Source: the human T2T-CHM13v2.0 reference genome, Homo sapiens
Assembly (NCBI RefSeq): GCF_009914755.1
Contig: NC_060937.1
Direction: 5' to 3' (one strand)
DNA: 64,000 nucleotides
A program made the translations under genes and the position numbers. The notes beneath the pieces are model-generated. The model had not been told where the DNA came from, made no database searches, and saw nothing but the letters and a program-made list of their open reading frames with translations. Positions 62,003-64,000 of this stretch are shown here, one piece after another. The first letter of the stretch is position 1. The number at the start of each line of letters is the position of its first letter.

Positions 62003-64000
62003 TGAACTGCCCAAACCTCTTAGCTTACAGGCATTTTTACATAATATCAAACATCTAAAGAAAACATTTAAAAAAAAGTCAGAAACCTTAGGCATTTATT
62101 TATAAAATATTCAAGAGAGCCAAATAATGGTCATTTTGTAAATCAGCCAAAGTAATTTGTTCATTAATTTACCAACTACAATCTCTTCAATTACTTGTGT
62201 TGATGAGATTCACATTGTTTCATGATAATGGTCAATGCCAAGCTAAAAAATACCCACCAAACTTAGCAAAACACATTCTCAAGATTTTAAGAAGACTTAG
62301 AAAAATGATTGCAATTGGGAATAATTAAATTGCCTCATCTCTTAGAAAAAGTTTTGTCTTATAGGAAAAACTGAAATCGGCTTTATGTATCCTTTCTGAA
62401 ATTAACTCAAATACTGATATCTCCAAAATTAGATTTGAAGGATTAAGAGACAGAAATGTGATAAATCAGCTTATCTTATAAGGCTGTTGGTGGTAACATT
62501 ACAAAGTAAACAATAGAAACATTTGCTCTGTTGTAAACATAATATTGAAGAAATCAGTAACTTTTGCATATTTTTATTAATATTAAATTTTCTCTATAGT
62601 CTGAGAAAAAAGAATTTTATCTATATTCATTTTTTGGCTCTAAATACAAACTGTTTTTAATTAGTGTAAAAACTAAGAACTGTGCTAATTAGTCAAATAA
62701 GAATAGGGATAAAGGAAAATACATTTGTTCCATAAATTACTTTTAAAATGAGACTTCAATTAAATCAGCTACTCTGGCAGAAAAATTATAGACATATTTA
62801 ATAAAGCCTTTTCATAGGAAATTTCACCCCAGGAAAAACTCTTCTAAAATAATTTTACATATCATTCTTAAGGCTGACCTTAAATATCATCTAATATGAT
62901 TTAAAATACCACAATTTCAACCTGTCTTTCTTTACTTCTTCATCTGGTACTCTTTCCAGAACTATTTAAAAAAATAAATAGATGATTGTATTATACATTA
63001 TTTTGAAAATTGAGACATGTATTGCAAAATTAGAAAATAAAAAAACAAGGGAAATTTGAGATTAGTACAGAAAAATATGCCGTAATTTGCTTTTCTTTTG
63101 TTTTACTCTTGCTTGAATTAAGCTGCAAATTTGGGTGTGTTCTGTATAGCAGCTAATGCAAAGAAGGGAAATAAGATAAATTAAACAATTTACTGTGGTC
63201 AGACAATAAAAACAAACTTGTTCTATCACGCTGGAATCATTGAATAAATAAGGCTCAGAAATATGTGACAATTTTGGATTGGATAATTCATCTGGTTCAG
63301 CAAGAGGCATCAAAGTTAAAGATATTCTTTTTGTCAAAACTTGTTTTCACTGACTTTGGTGGTTGTGTTTTGACTTGAGCTTTCCTTAAGCAGTGATAAG
63401 AGCTACCATTGAATCAGTGAAAGTTAAAGAGATTAAGGCTATAAATTAATTCTCAATTTATTAGCCTTTTCACTATAGATTGAGAAAATATCTGTCTGAG
63501 ATACCAGCAATTTTGGATTAATATCAAGTGGACCAGTTGAAATGTCTATATTGCAAATGTGGCGCTGAATTAGTAAGATAGTCTTTGGACTTTGTAAGGA
63601 TCCAAGTCTTGCTAATTTTTCAGTCGTTGAACAGTCTGACTCTGAACCCCATCCTTTATTTCTGTCAAGTTTTTTTTTTCTTCTTATCAAGTTTTGAATG
63701 GAATCTAAGGCAAAGAAGAAATTGCTTCCCATATTAATTAGCTATCAAACATTAACAGATAGACTTTTGTATAGTTGTGGATTTCAGAAACAAAGATGGT
63801 GGTTTCAACTGGTTTAGGGCTATATTTTATCAGTGAATGTTTTCTAAGGTCTTTGTGGTATAAACCCTCATTTCGTTTTGCAAAAATCACGACTAGGTGA
63901 CTAGTGTATGACTATGTATCTATTGTCTATTTCTCCCAAAGTAGAAGAAGATACTTTTTTTTGTGATAAGAATTACATGTGTTCATAAAATTCTGTTTCC

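Overview
AT-rich, CpG-poor primate DNA, almost certainly human because it carries an AluYa5 with all five diagnostic bases. It reads as intergenic or deep-intronic. No protein-coding gene is recognisable; the supplied ORFs are short and mostly Alu, L1, ERV or MaLR fragments or low-complexity sequence. The window is dense in retroelements: about 13 Alus, several nested or rearranged L1s, L2/MIR relics, solo LTRs (MER50-, MER11-, LTR8-, LTR26-, MER31-like), two full MaLR proviruses (THE1, MST) and two Tigger-family MITEs. The main finding is a ~7.1 kb class I ERV on the minus strand (22004-29152, tRNA-Gly PBS, probably LTR25/HERVG25) that is not a provirus. It has the form R-U5-PBS-gag'-env'-PPT-U3-R-poly(A), with a 16-bp TSD at a TT|AAAA site, so it looks like ERV genomic RNA retrotransposed in trans by L1. 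Also noted: an inverted duplication of a deleted L1 fragment, a direct duplication of apparently unique DNA, an AluJ interrupted by older L1 DNA, two twin-priming L1 inversions, and four candidate + strand exons of an unknown transcript. Repeat family names come from memory of consensus sequences, not a database search, and boundaries of old repeats are approximate.
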